Assembly: GCA_045611705.1 (NCBI GenBank)
Contig: JAZKXR010000007.1
Location: forward strand, 2,241-66,240
DNA length: 64,000 nucleotides
From: Alphaproteobacteria bacterium
GTDB lineage: Bacteria; Pseudomonadota; Alphaproteobacteria; CAAHEQ01; UBA3637
Reading direction: 5' to 3'
Part shown: piece by piece, positions 49,577 to 60,869 of the stretch
Layout: the number at the start of each line of letters is the position of its first letter
Position numbering within the stretch: the stretch's first letter is position 1
Translations under genes and position numbers: made by a program
The notes under the pieces: generated by a model
What the model was told of the DNA's origin: nothing
The model's input: the letters and a program-made list of their open reading frames with translations, nothing else
Database searches by the model: none

Positions 49577-51030
49577 ATATTACGCCTCCATAAAAAAGGA
49601 ACAAACAAAATGATAACGGTAATAAATTCTAAACGCCCTAACAACATCATAAAGGACATTAAAATTTTGGCCATATCTGGTAATCCTGCAAAGGTCATAT
49701 CTGGTCCGATATAGTTGCCCAATCCGGGGCCAACATTACCTATGGCTGATAACGTCCCCGAAAGTGATGTTATCACATCCAATCCTGTTAAGGAAAGTAA
49801 TAAAGTACCAATGCAGACGGATATTAAATATACGCCGATAAAAAATAAAACGGACGAGGCTATTTCTTCGTTGATGGGACGATTACCATAGCGTGGCACG
49901 ACAACAGCATGTGGTTGGACAGAGGCTTTCAGCCGTGATGAAATTTGTCGTCCCATAATAGCAAAACGGAACATTTTGATGCCGCCTGATGTTGAACCGG
50001 CACACGCCCCGACACTTAATAAAAACAAAAAGAATAAAACGCTAAACGATCCCCATAAGGCATAGTTTTCGCTGACAAAACCGGTGGTCGTGATGACGGA
50101 TAATAAAGAAAATAATGACGAACGAAATGTTGTTTCTGTTAAAAGTGCATCACCAATCCAACGTCCCAATAACAAAACAATCAAAGCAACCAATAAAAAG
50201 TGAATATATGTTTTAACCTGAGCGTTTTGTTTGATTAAAAAGAATTGTCTTTGGCATAATTGAATCCAAATAACCAATGGTAATCCCGCCAAGAACATAA
50301 ATGCAATCAGAACCCATTCAATGGTTGGTGAATCAAAAAAAGCAATGCTGGCATCATGCGTTGAAAAACCACCCGTGGCAATAGTTGTCATGGCGTGTAC
50401 CAAAGCATCAAACCAATTCATTCCGGCACTTTTTAAACACAAGGTACAAAATAATGTTAAAGTAATAAATACCGTTAAAATCATATGCATTGTTTGTAAA
50501 ACGGTTGGGCTTTGACGCATGGCATCACCGGAAAATTCAGTGGTAAAAAATTGCATGCCGCCAATGCGTAAAGTTGGCAAAATGGTTACGGCAATCAAGA
50601 TAACCCCAATGCCCCCCAGCCATTGCAGCATCGCACGCCACATCAATAATCCGCGTGCCATGTTGTCCAAACCAGACAAAACAGTGGCACCTGTGGTGGT
50701 CAAACCGGACATAGATTCAAAAAAAGCATCCACATAAGATAATTGTGATATAGATAAATAAATTGGCAAAGAACCCCATATGGCGTATGTCAACCAAATC
50801 AGGGTTGTTGTTAAAAACATTTCTTTTGTCCTTAGTGGTGTTTCTTGTTTGGGACGTAAAATCCAATAAAATAAAGTTGATATAGAAACGGTAAAAATGC
50901 ATGAACTGGCAAATAATTTGGCAGATCTTAAATTATTGAAATATAAATCAATTAAGGCTGGTCCTATTTGAGCCAATCCAAAAAATACGCTCATTAAAGC
51001 GACAATAGAAAAAATAAAACGAAATCTCAT
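49573..51030 (-). CDS. trkH: TrkH/KtrB-family potassium uptake protein
   Basis: Multiple TM-P-loop-TM repeats with Gly motifs (GGIGVILIAV...). Confidence 0.85.
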   Translation of the reverse strand: MRFRFIFSIVALMSVFFGLAQIGPALIDLYFNNLRSAKLFASSCIFTVSISTLFYWILRPKQETPLRTKEMFLTTTLIWLTYAIWGSLPIYLSISQLSYVDAFFESMSGLTTTGATVLSGLDNMARGLLMWRAMLQWLGGIGVILIAVTILPTLRIGGMQFFTTEFSGDAMRQSPTVLQTMHMILTVFITLTLFCTLCLKSAGMNWFDALVHAMTTIATGGFSTHDASIAFFDSPTIEWVLIAFMFLAGLPLVIWIQLCQRQFFLIKQNAQVKTYIHFLLVALIVLLLGRWIGDALLTETTFRSSLFSLLSVITTTGFVSENYALWGSFSVLFFLFLLSVGACAGSTSGGIKMFRFAIMGRQISSRLKASVQPHAVVVPRYGNRPINEEIASSVLFFIGVYLISVCIGTLLLSLTGLDVITSLSGTLSAIGNVGPGLGNYIGPDMTFAGLPDMAKILMSFMMLLGRLEFITVIILFVPFLWRRNI

Positions 51031-51120
51031 TTTTACCTCTTTATCAAAAAGGATAAAATTTTTTACATAAAAAATCAATAATAAATTGCATTTTAAAAGA
51101 CTTTATGCTAAATTCAAACT

Positions 51121-52593
51121 ATGTTGAAGCAAAAAAAATATCTCTTTTTATTCTTGATTTTGTTGGGCGGATTATCCTCTTTTGGTTTTGCCCCGTGTTT
51201 TTTATGGCCTTTGACAGCATTGGGCATTTTTGGATTGATAAGATTATTAAACAAAGAACAAAAACATTCTGGTTGCTTGTTTAAGGGATTCTTTTTCGGT
51301 TTTGGGATGGGTGCTGTTTCAATGCATTGGTTGACTCATGCATTGATGATAGATGGTGGGCGTTTTTTTGTTGCAATACCGTTGGTTTGGTTGTTTTTTG
51401 GATTGTGGTTTGGTTTGTTTTTTGCTTTATCAGCCTTTGGTGCATCTTTTTTTGAATCGGGTTGGCGTCGTCTTTTGGCTTTTTCTGGTTTTTTTGTGAT
51501 ATTTGAATGGGTTCGTTCATGGTTATTCACGGGCTTTCCGTGGAATCCTTTGGGTAATATTTGGAACGATTATTTACCTGTTATGCAAATTGTCAGTGTG
51601 GTCGGTATTTACGGTTTAAGCGGTTTGACGATTTTATTGTTTGGGTCGATTGCTTTGGGATTTAAAAATCGTTTTTTATGGTTGATTTGTTCGTTTTTTT
51701 GTTTAATCACTGTTTTGGGTGGAATTCGTTTGTATACACAACCTATTGGTTCTGTTTGGGGAACGCATCTACGATTGGTGCAACCCAATATTGCCCAAAC
51801 ATTAAAATGGGATCCGAATGAAGAGCAAAAAAACTTGGCCACTTTAATTAGCTTGTCTCGTGAAAACAATAAAGGAATTACGCATATTTTATGGCCCGAA
51901 TCAGCGGTTTCTTTTTTGGTCAATTATGATGATGAAGAACGCTTGCGTTTAATGTCATCTATGGGGCAAGGAATGGTTTTGTTGACGGGTGGTATGCGTT
52001 TGGTTGATCCAAAAACAAAATTATTGGCTAACAGCATTTTTGTATTGGATGATTTGACGGATATTCATGGTTTTTATGATAAATCACATTTGGTTCCGTT
52101 TGGGGAATATATGCCGTTTCGCGGATGGTTGCCGTTTGAAAAATTTGTGCCGATTTCATCCGATTTGTATGAAGGGGAAAAAATTAAAACACTGCCTGTT
52201 TTAAAAACATTTTCGGCTGGTATGTTGGTTTGTTATGAGGTTATCTTTTCTGGTCAGGTTGTGGATAAAAACAATCGTCCGTCATGGTTATTTAATGCAA
52301 CAAATGATGGTTGGTATGGTATCAGCTTTGGCCCACATCAACATTTGGCGATGACACAAACACGCGCAATAGAAGAAGGTTTGCCTCTTGTTCGGTCGGC
52401 CAACACAGGCGTTAGTGCCGTTATTGATCCTATGGGACGTATTTTAAAACAATTGCCATTGGGGCAACAAGGCGTGATTGATTCGGATTTGCCGAAGGCT
52501 TTACCACCCACAATTTACGCCAGATTTGGTGTTAAAATTCCTTTAATTTTGGCTTGTATCTTTTTACTTTTTTCATTTAAAAAGAAAAAATAA
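51121..52593 (+). CDS. lnt: apolipoprotein N-acyltransferase
   Basis: N-terminal polytopic domain plus C-terminal CN-hydrolase domain (WPESAV, CYEVIF). Confidence 0.85.
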   Translation: MLKQKKYLFLFLILLGGLSSFGFAPCFLWPLTALGIFGLIRLLNKEQKHSGCLFKGFFFGFGMGAVSMHWLTHALMIDGGRFFVAIPLVWLFFGLWFGLFFALSAFGASFFESGWRRLLAFSGFFVIFEWVRSWLFTGFPWNPLGNIWNDYLPVMQIVSVVGIYGLSGLTILLFGSIALGFKNRFLWLICSFFCLITVLGGIRLYTQPIGSVWGTHLRLVQPNIAQTLKWDPNEEQKNLATLISLSRENNKGITHILWPESAVSFLVNYDDEERLRLMSSMGQGMVLLTGGMRLVDPKTKLLANSIFVLDDLTDIHGFYDKSHLVPFGEYMPFRGWLPFEKFVPISSDLYEGEKIKTLPVLKTFSAGMLVCYEVIFSGQVVDKNNRPSWLFNATNDGWYGISFGPHQHLAMTQTRAIEEGLPLVRSANTGVSAVIDPMGRILKQLPLGQQGVIDSDLPKALPPTIYARFGVKIPLILACIFLLFSFKKKK

Positions 52594-52600
52594 AAATTAA

Positions 52601-52634
52601 AAAAAGCCCCCTTTTTTCAAAGGGGGCTTTTTTG
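52601..52634. terminator. bidirectional intrinsic terminator (GCCCCC-loop-GGGGGC) between lnt and leuS
   Basis: Hairpin flanked by A-run and T-run. Confidence 0.6.
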
Positions 52635-52643
52635 TTGGTATAT

Positions 52644-55067
52644 TTATTTAATTACCAAATTGACCAAACGGCCGGGGACATAGATTTCTTTGACGATTTC
52701 TTTATCCTGTAAAAAGTCTTTGATTTGATTTTTTGCCATTTGAATTATGGTGTCTTTATCGGTTGTTTTGGCAACCTCAAAAGTGCCACGCAATTTGCCG
52801 TTGGTTTGGATGACGATTTTCATTTCGTCTTTGACCAAGGCGGATTCATTCACCTTGGGCCATTGCTGATTGAATACCGAATAAGGATGTCCCAGTTTTT
52901 CCCACAATTCTTCACCCAAATGCGGTGCAAAGGGGGACAACAACAACACAAAGGTTTTAATGCAATCCATCAAAAATTCTTTATTCACTGGACCTGAAAC
53001 ATAATCGTTCAAAGCATTCAAATATTCCATCATACGGGCCAAAGAGGTGTTAAATTGCATCACATCCATATCTTTGGTAACGGCACCGATGGTGGTATTG
53101 CGAATGAAATCCAATTTCTTTTCATTGGCGGTCATTTCATTGACACTGTTATCCATATTTTGCGATTTTTCAATCAATGTTTCAATGCGTTTGACAAAGC
53201 GTGCCATAGATTCCACACCGTTTTCGTTCCACGGACCGCCATCTGTATAGGCAAAGGCGAATTCCAAGAACATACGGAACACATCCGAACCATACTTTGA
53301 AATGCTGTCATCGGGGTTGATGGTGTTGCCTTTTGATTTGCTCATCTTTTGGCCGTCTGTTCCCAAAATCATGCCTTGATGCACCAAAGATGTAAAGGGT
53401 TCATCAAAATCTAAATACCCCATATCGCGTAATGCTTTTGTGAAAAAGCGTGCATAGAGTAAGTGCATGGTGGCATGTTCTTGCCCGCCTACATATTTAT
53501 CCACGGGCAATAAACGATTGATTTTGTCTTTGTTAAAGACTTCTTTATCGTTTTTATTATCCGGATAACGCAGGAAATACCAGCTGGAATCCACAAAGGT
53601 ATCCATGGTATCGGGATCACGTGTGGCATCCATACCGCATTTGGGGCATTTAGTGTGCATAAATTCGGCACAACGTTTTAATGGTGATTCACCATCGGGA
53701 CGGAATTCCACATTTTCGGGCAACCGTACAGGCAAATCAGATTCCGGCACAGCCACAGCCCCACAAATCGGACAATGAATGACGGGAATCGGGGCACCCC
53801 AATAACGTTGACGTGAAATCAACCAATCACGCAAGCGGAACATGGTTGTCAGTTTGCCATAGCCTGTTTTTTGTAATTTTTCCACAATAGCGGGAATGGC
53901 TTCTTCGGTTGTCATGCCTGAAAATTCGGCCGAGTTGACCAATTTACCGTGTTCACAGAAGGGCAAATCTTTCTCATTTCCGTCTTTATCCACAATGACG
54001 CGGGTAATGGGCAAATTGTATTTTCTGGCAAAATCAAAGTCGCGTTCATCATGGGCCGGCACAGCCATCACAAAACCTGTACCATAGGTGGCAATCACAT
54101 AATCGGCGACCCATACCGGCACTTTACGTCCATCCACAGGGTTTGTGGCATAAGAACCCGTAAACACACCTGTGCGTTCACGTGAATCGGACATGCGGTC
54201 AATTTCTTTGACTTTGGCGGCTTCCATCACATATTGTTCAACGGCCTGTTTTTGTTCGGGTTTGGTCAGCTGGGTAACTGCCGGATGTTCGGGGGCAATC
54301 ACCACATAACTTAAACCATACAAAGTATCGGCGCGTGTTGTAAAGGCCTGTAATTTCATGCCGTTATCGATGTCAAAGGAAATCAATGAACCATGCGATT
54401 TGCCGATCCAATTCTTTTGAATTTTTTTGGTTTTTTCGGGCCAATCCAAATTGTCAATGTCCTTTAACAATTCTTCGGCATAGGCTGTAATTTTGAAGAA
54501 CCATTGTTTCATTTTCTTTTGAATGACAGGGGATTTGCAACGTTCGCAATGACCGTCCACAACCTGTTCGTTGGCCAATACGGTTTGACAGCTGGTACAC
54601 CAGTTGACGGCTGCTTCTTTTTGATAAGCCAAGCCTCGCTCAAACAACTTGGTAAAAATCCATTGTGTCCACTTGTAATATTCTTCATCACAGGTGTTTA
54701 AAGTGTAATTCCAATCAAAAGTAGCCCCCATGGTTTTGAGTTGTTCTGTCATCTTTGCGATACTTTTTAAAGTTGATTCTTTTGGGGGCGTACCTGTTTT
54801 TATGGCATAGTTTTCGGCCGGCAATCCGAAAGCATCAAATCCCATCGGATGAAAAACATTATATCCTTGCATACGTTTAAAACGGGCCCAAGAATCCACG
54901 ACCCCATAGTTATACCAATGTCCACAATGCAAATTGGCAGAAGATGGATATGAAAACATTTCCAAACAATAAAGTTTCTTCTTATTTGAGTTTTCGTCAA
55001 ATTTATAAAGTTCTGAATCAGCCCACTTTTTTTGCCATTTTTTATCAATTTCTGATGAATATGTCAT
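52644..55067 (-). CDS. leuS: leucyl-tRNA synthetase
   Basis: HIGH-type motif (HCGHWYNY), KMSKS motif, 807 aa. Confidence 0.95.
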   Translation of the reverse strand: MTYSSEIDKKWQKKWADSELYKFDENSNKKKLYCLEMFSYPSSANLHCGHWYNYGVVDSWARFKRMQGYNVFHPMGFDAFGLPAENYAIKTGTPPKESTLKSIAKMTEQLKTMGATFDWNYTLNTCDEEYYKWTQWIFTKLFERGLAYQKEAAVNWCTSCQTVLANEQVVDGHCERCKSPVIQKKMKQWFFKITAYAEELLKDIDNLDWPEKTKKIQKNWIGKSHGSLISFDIDNGMKLQAFTTRADTLYGLSYVVIAPEHPAVTQLTKPEQKQAVEQYVMEAAKVKEIDRMSDSRERTGVFTGSYATNPVDGRKVPVWVADYVIATYGTGFVMAVPAHDERDFDFARKYNLPITRVIVDKDGNEKDLPFCEHGKLVNSAEFSGMTTEEAIPAIVEKLQKTGYGKLTTMFRLRDWLISRQRYWGAPIPVIHCPICGAVAVPESDLPVRLPENVEFRPDGESPLKRCAEFMHTKCPKCGMDATRDPDTMDTFVDSSWYFLRYPDNKNDKEVFNKDKINRLLPVDKYVGGQEHATMHLLYARFFTKALRDMGYLDFDEPFTSLVHQGMILGTDGQKMSKSKGNTINPDDSISKYGSDVFRMFLEFAFAYTDGGPWNENGVESMARFVKRIETLIEKSQNMDNSVNEMTANEKKLDFIRNTTIGAVTKDMDVMQFNTSLARMMEYLNALNDYVSGPVNKEFLMDCIKTFVLLLSPFAPHLGEELWEKLGHPYSVFNQQWPKVNESALVKDEMKIVIQTNGKLRGTFEVAKTTDKDTIIQMAKNQIKDFLQDKEIVKEIYVPGRLVNLVIK

Positions 55068-55139
55068 ATTTTTTACCTTTCGTTATTAAAAATAATTTTC
55101 GGGTATTATAGCGGATTTTATGAAAAAAATCCAGTTTTT

Positions 55140-57626
55140 TTAAGCGTCTAAAATTTTACCCACAATTTCACGCGTGGCATCGGACAATTTTGCGGTTTCC
55201 CGCAATCGGGCCAATAACTTTTGCGCATATTGTTTTAAATCGGCCGGCATTTTAGCACTGTTTTTAAAGTTTTTGGCCAAAGTTGCCGCCATGTGTGGGT
55301 TTAATCCGTCCAATTGTTGAATGACATCAATAATTAAATCATAGCCGGCCCGTGTTTGAAAGGCGATTGTATTATTGCAAAATACACCCAATAAAGCACG
55401 CACTTTATTTGGATTTTTTATATCAAATTTGGGATGATTCATCAAACGCTTAATCACACCCACCGTTTCGGCCACGGGATCGGATGCCTGAACCACAAAC
55501 CAACGGTTAAAGGGCAGGGCATCATTTTCGTATCTGGCATAAAAATTATCTAACGCCTCATTGGCTTTGGGATGATGGTAATGTACCAAACAAATCAAAG
55601 CTTCGGTTAAATCCGTAAAGTTGTTGGCCTGATTATATTGTTGCCATGCGGTATCGGATTGATTGGTTAAACTTAAATATCCCAACAAAACATTTTTCAA
55701 CGCACGTTTTCCCATTTGCTCGGGGGTTATTTGGTATTCATTGTTATCCGACATTTGGTTGTATAAATCAAAGATATCATCTTGATAGGTGTCGGCAAAA
55801 TGTTGGCGTATCAAATGACGAACCGATTGCAATTGTTCGGGATTGACATGCTTTAAGTTGTTGATAATTTCGGCATCAGATGGTAATTTTAACATCCACG
55901 ATTTTAACATGTTGTCAATGGGGGCCTTTAAACATCCGCCCATCATTTTTATCAAAGTATCATCGGATGCGGGGGTATCGCTTTTCAAAATATTCAAAAT
56001 GCTGTTCAACATGTATTGGTGCATAACCTGATACCGGTTAAATAAATCCGCATCAAATTGGATTAAATGTTCACGTTGGGCCAAAGTATAATTGACGTTG
56101 ATATCTGCGATGGCCGAAAAACCACGATTGATGGATAAAACGGGCTCTTCAATCACATCAAAAGTAAAGGTTTTTTCTGTTTCATCCAAAATTAAAGTGC
56201 CGTTTAACAAATCTGTTCCGTCTTTGGCCACCAAACCATAGGCCAAAGGAATCATCAACGGTTGCTTTGTGCGTGGATGAGATTGTTCCATATGCACGGT
56301 GAAGGTATTGTTTTCATAATGTGTTTGAATATTGATAATGGGGCGACCCGGCACCTGATACCACAGCATAAATTGACTTAAATCCATATGTGAAGCATCC
56401 TCTATGGCACGTACAAAATCTTGAATTTCAACTGCTTGACCGTCATGACGTGAAAAATACAAACGGCATCCGGCCATAAAGTTATCTCGTCCCACCACTT
56501 CACGCATCATGCGAATGACTTCGGCCCCTTTTTCGTAAATGGTGGCGGTATAAAAATTATCCACTGATTCGGCTTGTTCCAACATAATGGGGTGTGCCAA
56601 AGGTCCGTCATCTTCGGGATATTGAATCTGTTTTAAAGTGGCGACATCATCAATTCGTTGGCAAACACCATAAACATCGTGGGCATATTCGGTATGGCGA
56701 TAAACGGTTAAACTTTCCTTTAACGACAGATGAAACCAATTTTTCAATGTTACCCGATCGCCTGAATAATTGTGAAAATATTCATGGGCAATCGTGGCAT
56801 CAATGCCTTGATAGGCCCAATCGGTTGTTGTCATGGGATTTGCCAATAATACATTGTCGTTAAAAATGTTTAACGATTTATTTTCCATGGCCCCAAAGTT
56901 AAAGTGCGACACGGCAACAATAGAAAAACGATTTAAATCATATTCCAGGCCAAAGACATCTTCATCCCAACGCATGGCACGTTTTAATGATTCCATTGCA
57001 AAGGTCAAACGTTGTTTTTTGCCTTCTTCACAATACAAATACAGATCCACTTTTTTATTGTTTTTGGTGGTGTAAGAATCCTGTAAAATATCCAATTTTC
57101 CCGCCACTAAAGCAAATAAATAGCATGGCTTGGCAAACGGATCTTCAAATGTGATTTGATGATCATCTTCAAAAATAATATTGCCGTTGGATAAACGCAC
57201 AGGATAATCTTTTTTATCGGCTATAATCGTGCACGTATATTGGCTCATCACATCGGGATGGTCTGGGTAAAAGGTGATATAACGAAAGCCTTCGGCTTCG
57301 TTTTGTGTTGTGAATAAACCGCTGGCAATATACAGCCCCATCAATTGTGTGTTTTCCTTTGGATTGATTTGCACTTCGGTTTTTAAAACAAAATCTTTGG
57401 CCGGTGGCATAAAACTCAAACCTTTTGAATTTTGTTCATATTCGTCCAAATTGATGGAAATCAACTTTAATTGAATACCGTTTAAAAAAATCGGCTGATT
57501 TAATTGACAGTTTTGAAAATATAATTCAGCAAACACCTTTGTTTGTGTCGGATGTAAGACAAAGGTCAATTTTGTTTTCGGTAATTCAAAGGTTGGTTTT
57601 TGATAGTCTTTACGAAAAATTGTCAT
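55140..57626 (-). CDS. pepN: aminopeptidase N
   Basis: GAMEN motif and HEYFHNYSGD...E zinc-binding motif. Confidence 0.9.
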   Translation of the reverse strand: MTIFRKDYQKPTFELPKTKLTFVLHPTQTKVFAELYFQNCQLNQPIFLNGIQLKLISINLDEYEQNSKGLSFMPPAKDFVLKTEVQINPKENTQLMGLYIASGLFTTQNEAEGFRYITFYPDHPDVMSQYTCTIIADKKDYPVRLSNGNIIFEDDHQITFEDPFAKPCYLFALVAGKLDILQDSYTTKNNKKVDLYLYCEEGKKQRLTFAMESLKRAMRWDEDVFGLEYDLNRFSIVAVSHFNFGAMENKSLNIFNDNVLLANPMTTTDWAYQGIDATIAHEYFHNYSGDRVTLKNWFHLSLKESLTVYRHTEYAHDVYGVCQRIDDVATLKQIQYPEDDGPLAHPIMLEQAESVDNFYTATIYEKGAEVIRMMREVVGRDNFMAGCRLYFSRHDGQAVEIQDFVRAIEDASHMDLSQFMLWYQVPGRPIINIQTHYENNTFTVHMEQSHPRTKQPLMIPLAYGLVAKDGTDLLNGTLILDETEKTFTFDVIEEPVLSINRGFSAIADINVNYTLAQREHLIQFDADLFNRYQVMHQYMLNSILNILKSDTPASDDTLIKMMGGCLKAPIDNMLKSWMLKLPSDAEIINNLKHVNPEQLQSVRHLIRQHFADTYQDDIFDLYNQMSDNNEYQITPEQMGKRALKNVLLGYLSLTNQSDTAWQQYNQANNFTDLTEALICLVHYHHPKANEALDNFYARYENDALPFNRWFVVQASDPVAETVGVIKRLMNHPKFDIKNPNKVRALLGVFCNNTIAFQTRAGYDLIIDVIQQLDGLNPHMAATLAKNFKNSAKMPADLKQYAQKLLARLRETAKLSDATREIVGKILDA

Positions 57627-58261
57627 TTTAATCTTGCTCGCCAATATTGTTCACGTTCTATGTTTTTTGGGAATCCGCCAAAACCGCCATGATAAATGGA
57701 AATCAAGCTTTTAACGGCATTTTTGATGCCGGCATGGGCAGCTTGTTCATATAAAGCCACTGCTTTTTTTGTATCAGGTTTTCCATAGTATCCCCGTTCA
57801 ATCCAAACAGCCAAAGCATATTTGGCCTCAGGCATTTCTTTGGCGGCTTTTATCATATAATCTTTGGCTTTTTCACGATTTTCTTTGATTTTGTCTCCGG
57901 CATCATATAACAATGCCAAGATATAAAAGGCTTCGGGTGATTTTAATTGTGCGGCTTGTTCGTAATAAAAGGCGGCCTTTGTCATATTAACGGGTACATT
58001 TTTGGCCCCATGATGATAAATTTCTGCCAATGTCAAAGCACTGCTTAAACGGATATCTTCATATTGACTTTTTTGTGCAATTATAAAATGAGAAATTGCT
58101 TTGCTTGGATTCTTATTTAAAAAATTTACACCTTCTGTAAAGTGCATTTCGGGTGTATAATTCCATGAACGCAATAAAACAGAGCCAATTCCAATCAAGA
58201 AAAACAAACCGATAAAGAAAAAAGCATAACGTTTTTTTATGGATAAAGTTTTATGTGTCAT
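57623..58261 (-). CDS. Sel1/TPR-repeat protein with N-terminal TM
   Basis: Sel1-like repeats (AAQLKSPEAFYILALLYDAG, KYALAVWIERGYYG). Confidence 0.55.
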   Translation of the reverse strand: MTHKTLSIKKRYAFFFIGLFFLIGIGSVLLRSWNYTPEMHFTEGVNFLNKNPSKAISHFIIAQKSQYEDIRLSSALTLAEIYHHGAKNVPVNMTKAAFYYEQAAQLKSPEAFYILALLYDAGDKIKENREKAKDYMIKAAKEMPEAKYALAVWIERGYYGKPDTKKAVALYEQAAHAGIKNAVKSLISIYHGGFGGFPKNIEREQYWRARLK

Positions 58262-58329
58262 TTTCTCTCCTTTACAAAAGCTTAAAAACAGTGTACACTA
58301 ACCTTGATAAAAAAACAAGGGGCTTTTTG

Positions 58330-59514
58330 ATGAAATGGTCAGAATTTGAAAATAAAAAAGTGGGCATATGGGGTATGGGGCGTGAAGGCCAATCTGTTTT
58401 AAAGGCTTTAAAAAAACATGTAGCCCAATGCAAAATTATTGAAATTGCCGAAGATAATTTAAATTTATTGGATGATTGTGAAATTGTTGTTAAATCCCCT
58501 GGTGTATCATTATATCGGGATGAAATTAAGCGTACCAAAGAAAAAGGTGTTATCGTTACATCCGGTACGAATATATTCATGGCAAATAAAAATCCAAAAT
58601 CAAAGCTTATTTGTATTACAGGTACCAAAGGTAAAAGCACAACATCATCATTATTGGCACATACATTAAAGGTTTTAGGGTATTCGGTATGTTTTGGCGG
58701 TAATATCGGTAAGCCTTTATTGGATTTTGTGGATGAAACGCCTGATTTTTTTGTGGCTGAAACATCCAGCTATCAATGTGCAGATTTTATCGGTCAACCC
58801 GATTTGGGGATTATGGTGGCACTTTATTCGGCCCACTTGCCCTGGCACGGCTCTTTGGCGCAATATCATAAAGATAAGATGAATATGATTTTACAAAGCC
58901 GACAAACAATAGATATTCGTTCTTTGGATGTTCGGGTGCAAGATGGATATTTTTATTCCCATTCGGAAAAGTTATTTTCGGTGGATGCATTGGCTTTGTA
59001 TGGTGCACACAATCGGGAAAATGCCTGTGTTGTTTTACAGGCGATTAAAATGTTGGGTTTGAATTTAAAAGAGTGCGAAAAAGCTTTTCAAAGTTTTGAA
59101 CCTTTGGCTCATCGCCTGCAAAAAGTGGGACAAATAAACGGTGTTTTATACATCAATGATTCCATTGCGACATTACCCGAATCCGTGATGGTGGCATTGG
59201 ATACGTTTGCCGACCGACCGATTACTTTAATTGTTGGCGGTTGGGATGGCGGTTATGATTATACAGCTTTGGATAAAAAGATAACGGAACGCAAAATTTT
59301 GGCCTTGGCATTGCCTGATACAGGGGCAAAAATAAATACGCCTTACCATGTGGCGGATATGTTGGAAGCCGTTCGATTGGCGTACGAAAAAACACCCATG
59401 GGTGGTGTTGTTTTGATGTCCCCGGGAGCACCCAGTTATAACCAATATAAAAACTTTGAAGAACGCGGTGAAGATTTTATTAAACTGGTTGAAAAATTGA
59501 AAGATAAGGAATAA
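58330..59514 (+). CDS. MurD-family Mur ligase (UDP-N-acetylmuramoylalanine--D-glutamate ligase-like), compact and outside a dcw cluster
   Basis: Rossmann N-terminus VGIWGMGREGQS, P-loop TGTKGKST, MurD-like C-terminus SPGAPSYNQYKNFEERGEDF. Confidence 0.55.
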   Translation: MKWSEFENKKVGIWGMGREGQSVLKALKKHVAQCKIIEIAEDNLNLLDDCEIVVKSPGVSLYRDEIKRTKEKGVIVTSGTNIFMANKNPKSKLICITGTKGKSTTSSLLAHTLKVLGYSVCFGGNIGKPLLDFVDETPDFFVAETSSYQCADFIGQPDLGIMVALYSAHLPWHGSLAQYHKDKMNMILQSRQTIDIRSLDVRVQDGYFYSHSEKLFSVDALALYGAHNRENACVVLQAIKMLGLNLKECEKAFQSFEPLAHRLQKVGQINGVLYINDSIATLPESVMVALDTFADRPITLIVGGWDGGYDYTALDKKITERKILALALPDTGAKINTPYHVADMLEAVRLAYEKTPMGGVVLMSPGAPSYNQYKNFEERGEDFIKLVEKLKDKE

Positions 59515-59516
59515 AA

Positions 59517-60239
59517 ATGACATTAAAAGTTGAACAATTTAATTCACAGGATATACCACAATTTTCAACAGATTTGATTCGTTTTTTATATTCGGATGCT
59601 AATAAAAGAATTCAGCTTTCTTTTTTGTGTTGTCCCCGGGTATTGATTATGCCGACGAAACAAAACGATGGTTTGATTCGTATAAATCGTTTAAAAAAAA
59701 TCGCTCTTAAAAAAAATGGTATATTTACTTATGGGGCATGGCCACAAGACAGAGTATCTCCCATTCAATCAAAAAAATTAAATCAAATGATAAAGAATCA
59801 TCAGATTAGACAGGCCGGACATTATTATGATTTGGCCGGTCAAGCGTGTCATGAATACGAAATAAAAGAAAAAAGATATGTATTTATTCCAAAAGCAAGT
59901 GTATGGTTTGAAGTGAAACCTATTGAATGGATTTATGATTTTAAAACAAATACAGTCCATTCTGTCAGGGCAATTTGGTCAAAAGATGAATTATCACCTA
60001 AGCGTTTAGAAGCTTTTGGTTGGCAAGCTTTACAATCAAATAAATTAATTCACCGGCTTCAAAATAATTCATCCAAAAATCAATCACACACACTGCGTGA
60101 TATTGAATCGGATATGCTTCATGCGGTTCGTTTTTTGCGTGACAAGGAAAAAGAAAACGGAATTGTTGATGGAAAAGGACAAAAAATACTTGATATGATA
60201 TGTGGACAATTTTATAAAAATAAACAGAAAGGAAAATAA
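59517..60239 (+). CDS. hypothetical protein
   Basis: 240-aa ORF tightly coupled to the Mur ligase gene. Confidence 0.3.
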   Translation: MTLKVEQFNSQDIPQFSTDLIRFLYSDANKRIQLSFLCCPRVLIMPTKQNDGLIRINRLKKIALKKNGIFTYGAWPQDRVSPIQSKKLNQMIKNHQIRQAGHYYDLAGQACHEYEIKEKRYVFIPKASVWFEVKPIEWIYDFKTNTVHSVRAIWSKDELSPKRLEAFGWQALQSNKLIHRLQNNSSKNQSHTLRDIESDMLHAVRFLRDKEKENGIVDGKGQKILDMICGQFYKNKQKGK

Positions 60240-60869
60240 ATGACAAAGAAAAAAACAAAAACAAAACATACAATGAAGACTTATCTTTTAACGGGCGTAT
60301 TGGTGATGGCGCCTGTGGCGATTACGCTTTATTTGGCCATGTGGTTGTTTCGTTTAATGGACGGTTGGGCAAAATACCTGATACCCGAAAAATATGCCGA
60401 ATATCTGCCTTATGGTGTGCCAGGATTGGGGATTTGTTTATTGTTTTTATCTTTGATTTTTGTGGGCATGTTCACCACCAACTATGTGGGGCGCTGGGCG
60501 GTTAAAACAGGGCAAAAGATTTTGGCACGTGTTCCTGTGATATCGGGCATTTACGGTGCCATTAAAAAAGTCTTTGAAACATTGATGGGTGATGGCGGTT
60601 CTCAATCATTTCGTCAGGCTGTTTTAATTGAATATCCCCGTAAAGGTTTGTGGACGATTGCTTTTGTGACGGCACCGGTTTATAAAGGGATGAAAAAATA
60701 TCTGCCCAACGATATGATAACCGTTTATGTGCCGACCACACCCAACCCGACATCGGGCTTTATGATTTATGTGGCCAAAAAGGATATTAAGGAATTGGAT
60801 ATTCCTGTGGAAGAAGCCTTAAAGATGGTGTTGTCTATGGGGATTGTGAATCCGACAAAAAAGCCTTAA
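60240..60869 (+). CDS. DUF502-family membrane protein
   Basis: Two N-terminal TM helices plus conserved DUF502-like core. Confidence 0.6.
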   Translation: MTKKKTKTKHTMKTYLLTGVLVMAPVAITLYLAMWLFRLMDGWAKYLIPEKYAEYLPYGVPGLGICLLFLSLIFVGMFTTNYVGRWAVKTGQKILARVPVISGIYGAIKKVFETLMGDGGSQSFRQAVLIEYPRKGLWTIAFVTAPVYKGMKKYLPNDMITVYVPTTPNPTSGFMIYVAKKDIKELDIPVEEALKMVLSMGIVNPTKKP

